Shown here: positions 5,985 to 5,996 of the stretch, in pieces
Numbering within the stretch: position 1 is the first letter of the stretch
Layout: each line of letters opens with the position of its first letter
Program-made: the position numbers and the translations under genes
DNA from: a virus
Taxonomy: Duplodnaviria; Heunggongvirae; Uroviricota; Caudoviricetes
Direction: 5' to 3' (one strand)
Length of the DNA stretch: 5,996 nt
Virus record (IMG/VR): IMGVR_UViG_2713896729_000002
Span: 1-5,996 of that record
Notes under the pieces: model-generated
Seen by the model: the letters and a program-made list of their open reading frames with translations, nothing else
What the model was told of the DNA's origin: nothing
Database searches by the model: none

Positions 5985-5996
5985 TTCCGTTTTCCA
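5985..5996 (-). pseudogene. yfeD: yfeD, 5'-proximal part resuming after the IS (continues beyond the window)
   Basis: Minus-strand codons at 5985-5996 read W-K-T-E, which joins in frame to KFPGVKGG at 4658 and downstream once 4659-5984 is removed. This matches the recalled native YfeD sequence ...REKGWKTEKFPGVKGGRARL... Confidence 0.5.

Overview
This window looks like an Escherichia/Shigella-type draft scaffold made of three blocks separated by two 10-N runs (1610-1619, 2639-2648). Block 1 (1-1609) is a lambdoid prophage tail module, FII (5'-partial), Z, U and the N-terminal part of V, cut off by the first gap. Block 2 (1620-2638) holds two tandem ~535-bp LDR units, each encoding a 35-aa Ldr type I toxin with a predicted antisense Rdl RNA. 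Block 3 (2649-5996) holds the gltX leader, gltX (glutamyl-tRNA synthetase), a bidirectional terminator, and a yfeD-like gene interrupted in frame by a ~1.33-kb IS110/IS1111-family insertion sequence. That IS has a 334-aa DEDD transposase, perfect 12-bp subterminal inverted repeats, and a ~255-bp ORF-free 3' end carrying a 10-nt stretch complementary to the insertion target; this is the best candidate here for an RNA-guided (seekRNA/bridge-RNA-like) recombination system. No CRISPR array, rRNA or tRNA was found. All identifications rest on reading the sequence and recalled protein and family knowledge; no database search was run.
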